Shown: positions 9,569 to 18,934 of the stretch, one piece after another
How the letters are laid out: every line of letters starts with the position of its first letter
Numbering within the stretch: the first letter of the stretch is position 1
NCBI GenBank assembly: GCA_038134595.1
Contig: JAYPVM010000010.1
Coordinates: 1 to 64,000 of the forward strand
DNA from: Pseudomonadota bacterium
GTDB taxonomy: Bacteria > Bdellovibrionota_C > UBA2361 > OMII01
Length of the DNA: 64,000 nucleotides
Reading direction: 5' to 3'
Notes under the pieces: model-generated
Database searches by the model: none
What the model was told of the DNA's origin: nothing
Seen by the model: the letters and a program-made list of their open reading frames with translations, nothing else
Made by a program: the position numbers and the translations under genes

Positions 9569-10012
9569 ATGGGGCTACGGCGAAAATCGTTGCTCAATAA
9601 AGGGACACCGAATTCAGAGCAACAGACTTCGTGTTCTCCAGATCTCACTCTCTCCGACGTTTCTTCTAACTCCACATCTTCACCAACGACCACGAGCCAA
9701 ACAGGATCTTCTAGTAAAATAAAGGACCCCTTCTTTAAAACTCTTCAGCTAGGAATTTCATCCGAACTAGTAGCGTCCCTCTCTCAAACCACTGAGCAAC
9801 GCGTTGATTCTGCAAAGGAGCAACTGAGCCTACTTGAAAAAGAGGTCATCTCGGCTCTCTTTCCACTTTCAGGTGCTCCAGAATCGCATGAAGCTATCGC
9901 CGATCGTCTCGGTCTAACTCTGCCGGAAGTGAAAGTTCTCGCTGACAATGCACTCCGTGGACTAAGAAGCTCTAAGACTCGCACTGCGCGAACGAGCTCT
10001 ATCCTTAATTAG
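9569..10012 (+). CDS. Small protein with C-terminal sigma70 region-4-like HTH and Ser/Thr-rich N-terminus
   Basis: LSLLEKEVISALFPLSGAPESHEAIADRLGLTLPEVKVLADNALRGLR aligns by eye with RpoD region 4; no region 2; GGAGG RBS. Confidence 0.65.
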   Translation: MGLRRKSLLNKGTPNSEQQTSCSPDLTLSDVSSNSTSSPTTTSQTGSSSKIKDPFFKTLQLGISSELVASLSQTTEQRVDSAKEQLSLLEKEVISALFPLSGAPESHEAIADRLGLTLPEVKVLADNALRGLRSSKTRTARTSSILN

Positions 10013-10092
10013 GGCCTTAAATAGAACTCTCATTGAAAACACAAACGAGCATGTAGCGCGCTAGTGTATTCTTAGCACAATTATCCGGATTT

Positions 10093-11640
10093 TTACGCGC
10101 CACAATCAGTTGAAACAAATTCGTCTCGACGCGATTCGAACTCATCGCGTGAAATAAAAACAGAAAACTTATCGGGGTTAGAGGCGCCATCAACAACTTC
10201 GCACCAATCCGTCGATAATCGCAACAACGATGAAAGAGCAAAACTCTCCTTCCACACCACAGTCTTAGCCTTCGTCTTTTCAAGATAATCTTCCCACTCT
10301 CTTCTTCCGTATTGAGCACCCTGGAAGGCCGTCCATATTGCGGGAGGATTTACATTAGTGCGACCGTCAATAACCACTCGCTCAATGGGTGTGCCGTCAG
10401 AGTCACTGAATTGATACATCATAAACCCACCCTGACCGAAGCCATGTGCAATCGGAAAATGTAGATTCTTTTTGCGAATGAAATCAACTGCATTCCATGG
10501 ATACATCTCCCTGTTCATCGGATTTCGATGAAACTGCACACAATTAAAAATTATGAGACACACCATAAAGAACCCAACGGCCTGCATGGTCTTGATCTGC
10601 AATGAGCACACTCTCGTTTGCAAAAGCTTTACGCCCGCTAGTATTCTATCACTGGAACTCTCTTTTTCTGGCCCCTGCTCATAGTCGCGAAACCATCTTG
10701 CTAAAATGGCACTCAAACATACGACTGCGAAAGGAATAAATTTTACAATGAGGGCACCCACCAAAACACACCCTAGAGCCAAAACAATACGGCTAAAACT
10801 CGGAAGCAACCGATTGTTGTAACTAAGAACCACCAATAAAACTATCTGAATAAGCAGAATACCTGCGCATCTATCTTTAATGGTAAGTGCACCAAACTCA
10901 ACGATCTCACTAAACTGGAAGACATGATCTGATTTTGAAAATAGAGTAATCCACTCACCTCCGAAATAGGGAGAAATAAGAGTGCCCAACACGAAACTTC
11001 CCGTCACAATCAATGGACGTCTATAAGACTCTTCCCCCCATTTATCTTGCCGAGCCCACAAAAATGCCCCAATCACGCCGATAATTGCGGAAAGATGGGT
11101 ATTGGTCCAACAACACCCGAGTAAGACCAACAAGACACACCGAGACCTCGTCACCTTGTGACTACAACATCGATCTACCAAGAACAAGACAGACCCAAAC
11201 AATACCCACGCCAGTAATTGCGGGCGCAATGTAAAATGGTTCGCAAATCCCGCAGTGGTGAGGATCCCCAGAAGACAGCCCAAAAAATAGCTGCCACTCA
11301 TAGCAGAAAAGAGATACTGCAGAGCGAGTACCACAAAGATGGCAACAACCATCTTAAGCCACGCAATTCCAACAAGCCCCCACACAGCCTCCACCCCAGC
11401 ATATAGCACCTCACTGCTCCACGAGTATGCACGCCAGGGAAGTCCGTGGCCAAACACATTCCAATAATCAACATAGGGGATCGTTTGATGAGATAGAATC
11501 CAGCGTCCAACAGTGATGTGCCACCATAAATCCGGATCGGTAATAGGTCCCGTTACATTGGTGCCAACCAAAACTGCAATCAAAATCCATAATAAAATTA
11601 GCATACGCACCTTAGCCTTATCTATCGTCAGAACACGCAC
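10093..11640 (-). CDS. Polytopic membrane protein, GT-C glycosyltransferase-like
   Basis: About 10 hydrophobic segments; ITDPDLWWHITVGRWI acidic motif after TM1, LRPQL, WTNTH, C-terminal GGFMMY...VIDGRTNV soluble domain. Confidence 0.6.
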   Translation of the reverse strand: MRVLTIDKAKVRMLILLWILIAVLVGTNVTGPITDPDLWWHITVGRWILSHQTIPYVDYWNVFGHGLPWRAYSWSSEVLYAGVEAVWGLVGIAWLKMVVAIFVVLALQYLFSAMSGSYFLGCLLGILTTAGFANHFTLRPQLLAWVLFGSVLFLVDRCCSHKVTRSRCVLLVLLGCCWTNTHLSAIIGVIGAFLWARQDKWGEESYRRPLIVTGSFVLGTLISPYFGGEWITLFSKSDHVFQFSEIVEFGALTIKDRCAGILLIQIVLLVVLSYNNRLLPSFSRIVLALGCVLVGALIVKFIPFAVVCLSAILARWFRDYEQGPEKESSSDRILAGVKLLQTRVCSLQIKTMQAVGFFMVCLIIFNCVQFHRNPMNREMYPWNAVDFIRKKNLHFPIAHGFGQGGFMMYQFSDSDGTPIERVVIDGRTNVNPPAIWTAFQGAQYGRREWEDYLEKTKAKTVVWKESFALSSLLRLSTDWCEVVDGASNPDKFSVFISRDEFESRRDEFVSTDCGA

Positions 11641-11894
11641 TGACGGTTATCGTCGGACATCTCTCCGAAAACCTTTAACCAATAGGCAGCAATCACTTTG
11701 GATGCACCAGAGACCTGTTTTCTGTCAGAGCTTCAAGCGACAACGCAGTATCTAGACTATACAACACTCTAAAAGTCCTAAAAGGTATGAACTAATTCCA
11801 TTTTTCATTCCGGTAACCACCCGGGCAAAACACAGTCTCACCCACCGCAGGGGTCGGTGGCGTGATATCTATCCACGAGAACGTTTGCGGTACC

Positions 11895-12845
11895 TCAGAG
11901 AAACGCCCTCAATGCACTCTCTATTCTTGAAGCCGGTTCTGCGAGATTAAATGACACCTCTTCTCCGATAATTTGCTCAGCACACGAGCGATAATGCTCC
12001 ATTAACCACTGGCTGTAGTCCTCCCCTATCTCGGGGATATCTCCTTCACCACTAAATCCTCTCTCCACCAGCCACCGCCTTACCGGCTCCTTGTCCAACA
12101 TCGCTGGAGGCGACCCTTCCCGCTTCCTCTCATTCAAAGACCCTGCGACCCAAAACCGCGAGGAGTCAAGCGTATGAATCTCATCGGCCAAAACAACCTT
12201 TCCATCAAGAAGTCCAAATTCGTACTTTGTATCCACAAGGACTAACCCTCGGGACGAAACGTCCAGCGAGCCAAACTCAAAGAGCTCAAGAGCCTTCTCA
12301 CGGATATATCGCCAAACCTCTCTATCCACTATCCCAGCTTGCACTATCTGCTCTTCGGCAATCGGCTCATCGTGATCTCCCTGAGGGGCTTTCGTGCTCG
12401 GAGTAATAATCGGCTCTGGTAGTTTATCGAACTCCAAAAGACCTTTCGGAAGCACCACTCCACTCACTGTTCCATGCTTAGCATAGTCTCTCCAACCACT
12501 GCCAGCTAAGTATCCCCGCACAACGACCTCAATAGGGATTATATTCATCTCATGCCCTACTATCACATTTGGATCAGGCATACTTATCATATGGTTCGGA
12601 ACTATTTCACAGGTCTTTTCAAACCAATATCGCGCCATTTGTGTCAAGACTTGTCCCTTTCCCGGGACACTTGTCACAATTCTATCGAACGCACTCAGGC
12701 GATCGGTTGCAATTAAAATACGCTTTGAACCAACTACATAACTATCTCGAACCTTGCCTCTGATAGGTTCTCCCAACCAAGCGAAATCAGTTTGGGATAA
12801 CACAGGCGGCACTCTATCCACAGGGGAATCAACCTCGTTTTCCAC
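11895..12845 (-). CDS. purC: Phosphoribosylaminoimidazole-succinocarboxamide (SAICAR) synthase
   Basis: RGKVRDSY, ATDRLSAFD, PIEVVVRGYLAGS, ITPSTKA, LVDTKYEFG, LADEIHTLDSSRFW. Confidence 0.97.
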   Translation of the reverse strand: MENEVDSPVDRVPPVLSQTDFAWLGEPIRGKVRDSYVVGSKRILIATDRLSAFDRIVTSVPGKGQVLTQMARYWFEKTCEIVPNHMISMPDPNVIVGHEMNIIPIEVVVRGYLAGSGWRDYAKHGTVSGVVLPKGLLEFDKLPEPIITPSTKAPQGDHDEPIAEEQIVQAGIVDREVWRYIREKALELFEFGSLDVSSRGLVLVDTKYEFGLLDGKVVLADEIHTLDSSRFWVAGSLNERKREGSPPAMLDKEPVRRWLVERGFSGEGDIPEIGEDYSQWLMEHYRSCAEQIIGEEVSFNLAEPASRIESALRAFL

Positions 12846-13923
12846 GTTTTCTCCTTTTATGACTTGTAAACTTTAATGCTGAGAAGTTATGTGAAATAAC
12901 TGCCTTTGTCCGCACATCCATAAACTTAACTTTTTTAGCTCTCCGCATGTTTTTCGTGGCCATCTTGCGAGTCTTATTTCCCCTACCCTGAATATGCGCT
13001 CGCAGATGCAACGCTACAGAGAGGTTATTCTTAATCGCTCCAATCAGCGCAGGATTATCCGTAGGTCTGGCTTGCTTTAAGGCGAGCCGAAAACTCCTAA
13101 TTGCGCAGTCAAGAACACCATACTCGGGAATCTCAGAGCGCAGCGCTTGAACCAAATAGAAATTACCCTCCATCCAAAACGGAACGCCCAAATGCACCCG
13201 CGAAGTCCAACCAGAGCGACTTCTAGCAAGTGACCTAATCGCACCATCAAAGTCTCGATTCGTATTCATTCCCACTGTAGTATCGGCATAGCGCCCCCAA
13301 AGAGCCGCAAATGTTGCGATAAAATCAACACTCGGTTGGGTATCTCCATCTGAAAGACCAAATGAAGGAATTGAGCGAATAACCAATAAATCTCCAATAT
13401 GCTTGGCGTCCAAAAGATCTCGCCCCACAGTTTGCGCACCAAGAGCTCTGACTGAAATCGGCACGAGATGTTGCAAGCTTACGTTTCTCCAGCGAGCATC
13501 CCCCCATACGATTCCGCCCAAAGTGGGGTTATTCTTGAGTATCATCTCAGCCTCAGCCTGCGTTGCAACAGTGGAAGGAGATAAGCTGAATCTGCCCGTT
13601 TCTTTGTGGCGAACACTACTGCGAAGCCTATCTCGATAAATCTTTACGTCTTCACGAAGATCGGAATCTGTACGAGTAGCCACCAAAAAGCTATTAAGGC
13701 TGAGATTTATACTAGAATAATGGAAAAGAGCTCCTCCAGTAGTACCGGCAGTGGCAAGCAGCAAAACAACTCTTGGTACCGCACGCCGTGCAACACCATG
13801 GGTCAGCACTCCTAGAATGCACAGTACAACAATGACAAGCTGCAAAGACCCTCTTGTAGCCTCATCCACGAAAAGACTACCAAGAGCGGTCATTGCAAGT
13901 ATGATAATCCTTGCCTTCTCCAT
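12829..13923 (-). CDS. Hypothetical membrane-anchored protein with helical (TPR-like) basic C-terminus
   Basis: 364-aa ORF, 2-3 N-terminal hydrophobic segments, overlaps the purC start (coupled); AIRSFRLALK...AIKNNLSVAL resembles a TPR helix pair. Confidence 0.6.
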   Translation of the reverse strand: MEKARIIILAMTALGSLFVDEATRGSLQLVIVVLCILGVLTHGVARRAVPRVVLLLATAGTTGGALFHYSSINLSLNSFLVATRTDSDLREDVKIYRDRLRSSVRHKETGRFSLSPSTVATQAEAEMILKNNPTLGGIVWGDARWRNVSLQHLVPISVRALGAQTVGRDLLDAKHIGDLLVIRSIPSFGLSDGDTQPSVDFIATFAALWGRYADTTVGMNTNRDFDGAIRSLARSRSGWTSRVHLGVPFWMEGNFYLVQALRSEIPEYGVLDCAIRSFRLALKQARPTDNPALIGAIKNNLSVALHLRAHIQGRGNKTRKMATKNMRRAKKVKFMDVRTKAVISHNFSALKFTSHKRRKRGKRG

Positions 13924-13996
13924 CGTTACAAACTACTGAAACAAACACCTACAATCAGAACCGGAATCGTGCTCTATTAAGAGCTTGAAAGAGGGT

Positions 13997-14413
13997 CTAT
14001 TCTCCCTCAATACCGAACCTATCCTTGAGCACATCAAGCAATCCTAAAGAATCATTAGGATCGAGAATATCTCTAAATTCCTCTTTAGAGAACACCACAT
14101 ATTTTATCCCCTTTTCCATCAGAAGCTTTGGTAAAAACTGCTGCCTTTCAAGAAGGTAGGTGTCCACTACATCAGAAAAGTCCGGCGCCAACTCGATCAC
14201 CATTTTGGGGGCATCGGACTCGTCTACCACAGTAAAGAGGCATGTCCCTAGCCGTGTTACAACATCATCGTGGTCTATCAAAAGCGGTGAATCTTCAGAA
14301 TCCTCACTCCGACACACAGACCTCACACTCATGTTCCATAAAACTCGTTCTTCTCCAAAGAAACTTCGTAGCATCCTAAAAAGCTGCGCCTCCCCTAGGG
14401 ACATCTCAATCAT
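13997..14413 (-). CDS. DUF2726-like (restriction-endonuclease fold) protein, apparently degenerate
   Basis: SLGEAQLFRML...CLFTVVDESDAPKMVIEL...LLMEKGIKYVVF follows the DUF2726 layout. Confidence 0.5.
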   Translation of the reverse strand: MIEMSLGEAQLFRMLRSFFGEERVLWNMSVRSVCRSEDSEDSPLLIDHDDVVTRLGTCLFTVVDESDAPKMVIELAPDFSDVVDTYLLERQQFLPKLLMEKGIKYVVFSKEEFRDILDPNDSLGLLDVLKDRFGIEGE

Positions 14414-14607
14414 AGCACCTTCCTCAATTCACCAGAGCCAAAGGCATTAGCTGCGCTCCATTTCTGACGGGTCTGGCTACATGGTATATCACATTGATTC
14501 TTTCCCAAAGAATAACTATCAGGACAGGCTCGGAAATAACTTTCATACTCTCTCTCATCCTGCTCAGAATTATCGACATATCGGAGTTTTTCTGCTCTAA
14601 TTAGGCC

Positions 14608-15171
14608 ATGACGATACTTGATTTAGTGCTAGTTCCTAACCCGATTCTGCGACAGACGTGCGAAACAGTCACCTCTTTCGATTCAGTCCTTCACGTACTT
14701 CTCGATGATATGTACGAAACCATGATCCATCATAACGGTGTCGGCCTTGCCGCGCCGCAAATAGGCTCAACTCAAAGCATAACAGTAATTGACATATCAG
14801 GAGAATACATACAAAAACCTGTCATTAACTCCACTAATTGCTCTCCGGAAGAAATTCATCTCAAAAACAATCGCCTGGAATTAATCAATCCAACCATCGA
14901 ACTTGGTTCTCAAAAAGCATCTTCAGATGAGGGATGCCTAAGCATTCCGGAGTACAGAGATACAATTCGTCGCTCCTATTCAATTACAGTCAATGCCCAC
15001 GACCGTCTCGGTCAGCCGTTTTCCTTCGAGGCAGAAGATTTCCTTGCCTTCGTCGTTCAACACGAAGTCGATCATCTTCATGGAACACTCTTCACCGATC
15101 ACCTCAGTCGACTAAAAAAGAGTCTTTTTCGAAAATGGTGCACGAAACACATTGGGGAGAATATATTCTAG
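14608..15171 (+). CDS. def: Peptide deformylase
   Basis: GVGLAAPQIG, EGCLSIP, QHEVDHLHG motifs. Confidence 0.97.
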   Translation: MTILDLVLVPNPILRQTCETVTSFDSVLHVLLDDMYETMIHHNGVGLAAPQIGSTQSITVIDISGEYIQKPVINSTNCSPEEIHLKNNRLELINPTIELGSQKASSDEGCLSIPEYRDTIRRSYSITVNAHDRLGQPFSFEAEDFLAFVVQHEVDHLHGTLFTDHLSRLKKSLFRKWCTKHIGENIF

Positions 15172-16136
15172 TGATACGCGTTCTTTTCTTTGGGACTCCA
15201 GAATTTTCAGCACCGACACTTAAAGGCCTTATCGAAGCGCCGAACATTAAGGTTTCAGCCGTCATAACCCAGCCCGATAGACCGGTGGGACGTGGTAGAA
15301 CACTCACGCCTCCACCTATCAAACAAATCGCAGAAGCACACTCAATCCCCGTCTTCCAACCAACATCGCTCAAAAAAGAATTCTCCGAAATACGAAAATC
15401 CTTAGACCAGTATGGACCATTTACCGTTGGAATAGTCATAGCCTTTGGACAGCTCTTACCTGCTGAAGTGCTTTCCTATCCTGACAAGGGATGCGTTAAC
15501 ATCCACGCATCACTCTTGCCCCGCTGGCGTGGAGCAGCGCCGATTCACCGTGCGATAGAAGCAGGTGACAGGGAGACTGGGGTCTGCCTCATGCAAATGG
15601 ATGAAGGGCTCGACACCGGTGCGGTATATTCAACCGCAATAACTCCAATTGGTCCTAACACTACAACCCTACAGCTTCAAGAGACACTCTCCTCTATGGG
15701 AAGCGCTCTGCTTCAACGAGATCTTCCCTCGATAGTCACTGGTTCGATATCAGCAGTACAACAAAATACTGCCGGCATCACATACGCTAAAAAAGTATCT
15801 TCTGAGGAAGCAAAGATTGACTGGACTCAATCAAATCAAACGATCTCTAACAAAATTCGGGCGTTTTATCCATTTCCCGGTTGCCACACGCAATTCCAAA
15901 ACAAACGCCTCAAAATACTACAGGCTTCACCAATCGACAGCAATCTCTCTCCGCACTCCCTCCTTAGCTCAAATATCCCCGGAAGCGTTATAGAATCTGA
16001 CAACGATCGGTTGCTTGTACTCTGCGGAGAAGGGCAATTGCGCATTGAGCGCGTAAAGCTCGAGGGAAAACGAGAGATGGATACCTCAGAATTCCTACGA
16101 GGGACTGTAGTCCCCCATGGTTTGACACTACAATAA
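15171..16136 (+). CDS. fmt: Methionyl-tRNA formyltransferase
   Basis: GTG start at 15171 overlaps the def stop; FFGTPEFS, TQPDRPVGRG, NIHASLLPRWRGAAPI, MDEGLDTG. Confidence 0.97.
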   Translation: MIRVLFFGTPEFSAPTLKGLIEAPNIKVSAVITQPDRPVGRGRTLTPPPIKQIAEAHSIPVFQPTSLKKEFSEIRKSLDQYGPFTVGIVIAFGQLLPAEVLSYPDKGCVNIHASLLPRWRGAAPIHRAIEAGDRETGVCLMQMDEGLDTGAVYSTAITPIGPNTTTLQLQETLSSMGSALLQRDLPSIVTGSISAVQQNTAGITYAKKVSSEEAKIDWTQSNQTISNKIRAFYPFPGCHTQFQNKRLKILQASPIDSNLSPHSLLSSNIPGSVIESDNDRLLVLCGEGQLRIERVKLEGKREMDTSEFLRGTVVPHGLTLQ

Positions 16137-16155
16137 AAACCCGCCCTAACATATC

Positions 16156-17019
16156 TTACGGCGAGACGTCCGTACTAGTCACATCAAGACGACTAGAGCA
16201 TCTATCTCGTGCTTTACATTTAGAGCATTTCATAGGATGCGGAGTTGGACTAGGCACACCACCATCAAGAATCCCCCGCATCTGCACTAACATATCATCT
16301 ACCCAAGCTTGTCGTTTCTCTGAGTTAACAACCTTTACTCTCCGACAATTCTTACCAAGAAACAAATATCCATACGGAGGGCGTTGACCCTCGAACTCCT
16401 CCACCAATCTCATATATATGAGCAGCTGCACAACATATCGATCTCGAAGTTTTTTTGCCAACGGCTTGCGCTCAACGGGGATAGTCAGCTCTCCCTCTTT
16501 AAGTAGGGCATCAGGACGACCCGCCAAACCTTGCTGCTCAGAGATATATTCTCGCTCCGGCAGAAAGGTGCTACCCTCCATCGCCACCGCAATTTCTTGA
16601 CTTTCAAAACCGGCCTGTCGACGCTTTTTTGAACCCTCTCGGATAAACTTTCTTACCAACCAAAACGCAATCGAAACGAGTACAATAAGTTGAAGCCCTT
16701 TACTTGAAAGCGATAATGAAAAGAGATTGGAAAGTGGCTGACGCTCAGATGGCAGAAAAATAAAAAATACAGATACTATGCAAATAAGGACTGCGAGATA
16801 TCGAATCAATCCGGATAATTCCAAAGACTGCTCAAAAAAACTCGCCCATTCCTCATGGAGCAATTGACCTTGCGCGCTTTCGGAGTGTTCGTGTACTAGC
16901 GGTAGAGACCGCTTCGAACTCTTGTTCCACAACAAATCCCAAGACTGCGGACAAACTGAAAATGCAGCTACTTCACCAGCAGCTATAATGTATCCTCCCT
17001 GGGGATTTCTTCTTGCCAC
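16156..17019 (-). CDS. Solo Cas4-like PD-(D/E)XK nuclease with 4-Cys Fe-S staple and two inserted TM helices
   Basis: AGEVAAFSVCPQ (Cys1), GQLLH, two hydrophobic helices, GLAGRPD, PVERK, QLLIY, KCSKCKARDRC (Cys2-4). No other cas genes or array in the window. Confidence 0.8.
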   Translation of the reverse strand: MARRNPQGGYIIAAGEVAAFSVCPQSWDLLWNKSSKRSLPLVHEHSESAQGQLLHEEWASFFEQSLELSGLIRYLAVLICIVSVFFIFLPSERQPLSNLFSLSLSSKGLQLIVLVSIAFWLVRKFIREGSKKRRQAGFESQEIAVAMEGSTFLPEREYISEQQGLAGRPDALLKEGELTIPVERKPLAKKLRDRYVVQLLIYMRLVEEFEGQRPPYGYLFLGKNCRRVKVVNSEKRQAWVDDMLVQMRGILDGGVPSPTPHPMKCSKCKARDRCSSRLDVTSTDVSP

Positions 17020-17078
17020 AACTTACCCCTAAGAACTATTCTTTTCTCAGTTTTAAAAAATCTAATTTATAAAATCAT

Positions 17079-17138
17079 CTCGCAAACCGTACATGGCACC
17101 TCTCAGGGAGAGCGTTTGCGAGCCCTTCAATTATAGCA
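17079..17138 (-). promoter_or_regulatory. Extended -10 promoter plus leader hairpin upstream of the Cas4-like gene
   Basis: Minus strand TGCTATAAT (17138-17130), then inverted repeat CTCGCAAAC...GTTTGCGAG (17122-17079) with an inner CTCTC/GAGAG stem. Confidence 0.5.
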
Positions 17139-17169
17139 GACGGATCAAAACAAGCTCCCAGCGGCGATC

Positions 17170-17775
17170 CTATTTCTTAAACCAGTCTCTTTTCACAAAC
17201 AGTCGGCCCGCTGCAGACTGAATCAAACGTATGGCATCCAACCAGGAAGAGTCATCTCGCTTTTTCTCTGCAACTGATTGATTGCAGAGGTCCGATAACG
17301 TTCGGTCATCAATGCCACAAAACGTATCAGGTCTTCCCGAGCTCTCAAACGGGGAACTCACAAGGTGTGCAGTTTCCAGCAGACACTGAACCTCTGGAGC
17401 TTGATGATGGGTCAGGCGCCAAAATGCGTAGCGGCCACATGCTGTCAAGAAATCGCATCGCACCTTGTAGTAGGACTTATCTGCAGCGTTTTTAACGCAT
17501 AGATGAAAATCCAACGAGTCTTCCAATAAAAAATGTCGCTCAAGTGCCTCAATCCAACGCTTTCTCGCTCGATAGGCCGTAACCTCATCGTTGTAAACTC
17601 CCTCTAACATTAGACGATCGGGATCGTACCATAAACCAAGTAATCGTTCCGATTTTCTCGTTGAAGAGCTTACTCCGGTGGTTTGGTCCATCATGGTCTT
17701 CCTTGCGTTGATTCCATTTATCAGAGAGGCTTTCAGGGGATAATCGCCTCCTAAACTTGCTGTAGCCTCTATCAA
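17170..17775 (-). CDS. Hypothetical protein (start may be the downstream MMDQ)
   Basis: 201-aa ORF filling the gap with globular composition; no recognisable motif. Confidence 0.55.
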   Translation of the reverse strand: MIEATASLGGDYPLKASLINGINARKTMMDQTTGVSSSTRKSERLLGLWYDPDRLMLEGVYNDEVTAYRARKRWIEALERHFLLEDSLDFHLCVKNAADKSYYKVRCDFLTACGRYAFWRLTHHQAPEVQCLLETAHLVSSPFESSGRPDTFCGIDDRTLSDLCNQSVAEKKRDDSSWLDAIRLIQSAAGRLFVKRDWFKK

Positions 17776-18166
17776 TTTTAACAGAGCTCGAGCCCCAAAA
17801 AACCTATCGACTCGTCAGAATGATTCCTTAATAGCTCAGAAAAAAAACCTTCCAGGTCCATAACTACTTCGTATTATCAATACCTTACGACTCCCGTGTC
17901 AATTCTGCTCTCCGCAGCCGATTGCCCCTTGTAGAGTGTGACACAATCCTGGGTTTCTGCTATGCTCCTGCTATTATTAAAGGAAGCGAGCACAGTGTGC
18001 ACGCATTCCCTTTCGAGTCGAACTATCAAAAAGAGGGATAGCTCACAGGGGTACAAGACCCTCGATTGCTGCGCCACTGATGAGGTGTACAACGTAGAGA
18101 TTCTCAGCGAAAAGCGCTAGATAGCAGAGACCAGTGATTAATTATTCAATCAGGAACTAAGAAACT

Positions 18167-18907
18167 ATGCAAAGAGAAAGAGGAAGTCAAAGACGCTCTG
18201 GAAGAGGTGGTAACGGAGGACGCTCCCCTCGCGGTCGAGGACAGCGAGGTAGAGGACATAGGCATGGAAGAAGACATCCACGTCAAAGCGCAGAAAGTGG
18301 TAATCAACGAGAGCGTATCGCTGTCGAGAGTGGAGATCTGGTCCTTATTGATCAGTTTATGCTCGCCAACCCACAGTTTATTGAAAAGATGAACGCTGCG
18401 TTGGATGAATCTGCGGATGTAAAGTGTGAGCTTATCCGTGAATACGGTGGTAAAGTTATCACTGTCTCTTGCGGAACATACAGAATCGAGCGAGATCCAT
18501 TCGCATACACCATCGTAGTTCATCCGGAGGAAGAACAGGTTAACAAAGGTCCAGAGATCGTCAAGGATGCAACGGACTCTTTGGGCGATATCAATGTAGA
18601 CACACGGTGTATCGCAATGCTTGACCGAGAACTCTTGGATGATAACGCTCTCCTAGAGCGCTACCAACAACTCTGGTTTAGCGGACAAGATAAGGCGTGC
18701 AGAGATTTACTACGAGATAACGGTGGAGCGGTTCGATACGGCTTTAGGCGTGACGGAGATGAGCTCGACATATTTCAAGTGCCTGGAGAAGATGTTATTT
18801 GCCTCTGGCCAAAGACGCTTGAAGGCCTCAAAACCGACAACACTGTCGAGCAGCCCTCCGAGGACGCACAATCTTCTGAGGAATCTACTGAGCAGGCAAC
18901 TGCGTAA
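18167..18907 (+). CDS. Hypothetical protein, DUF4241-like core with Arg/Gly-rich N-terminus and acidic tail
   Basis: N-terminal RGGNGGRSPRGRGQRGRG; repeated motif IAVESGDLVLID / INVDTRCIAMLD plus VSCGTYRI and GFRRDGD reminiscent of DUF4241. Confidence 0.55.
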   Translation: MQRERGSQRRSGRGGNGGRSPRGRGQRGRGHRHGRRHPRQSAESGNQRERIAVESGDLVLIDQFMLANPQFIEKMNAALDESADVKCELIREYGGKVITVSCGTYRIERDPFAYTIVVHPEEEQVNKGPEIVKDATDSLGDINVDTRCIAMLDRELLDDNALLERYQQLWFSGQDKACRDLLRDNGGAVRYGFRRDGDELDIFQVPGEDVICLWPKTLEGLKTDNTVEQPSEDAQSSEESTEQATA

Positions 18908-18934
18908 ATCGAAAGCCGACTGATTAAACAGCAG

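Noticed and set aside
14934..15170. 79-aa N-terminal extension of Fmt in the ORF track
   Set aside because: Overlaps def out of frame; Fmt homology starts at the GTG at 15171.
16156..18166. CRISPR-Cas locus around the Cas4-like gene
   Set aside because: No regularly spaced repeat-spacer array and no cas1, cas2 or effector genes were seen here or elsewhere in the window.
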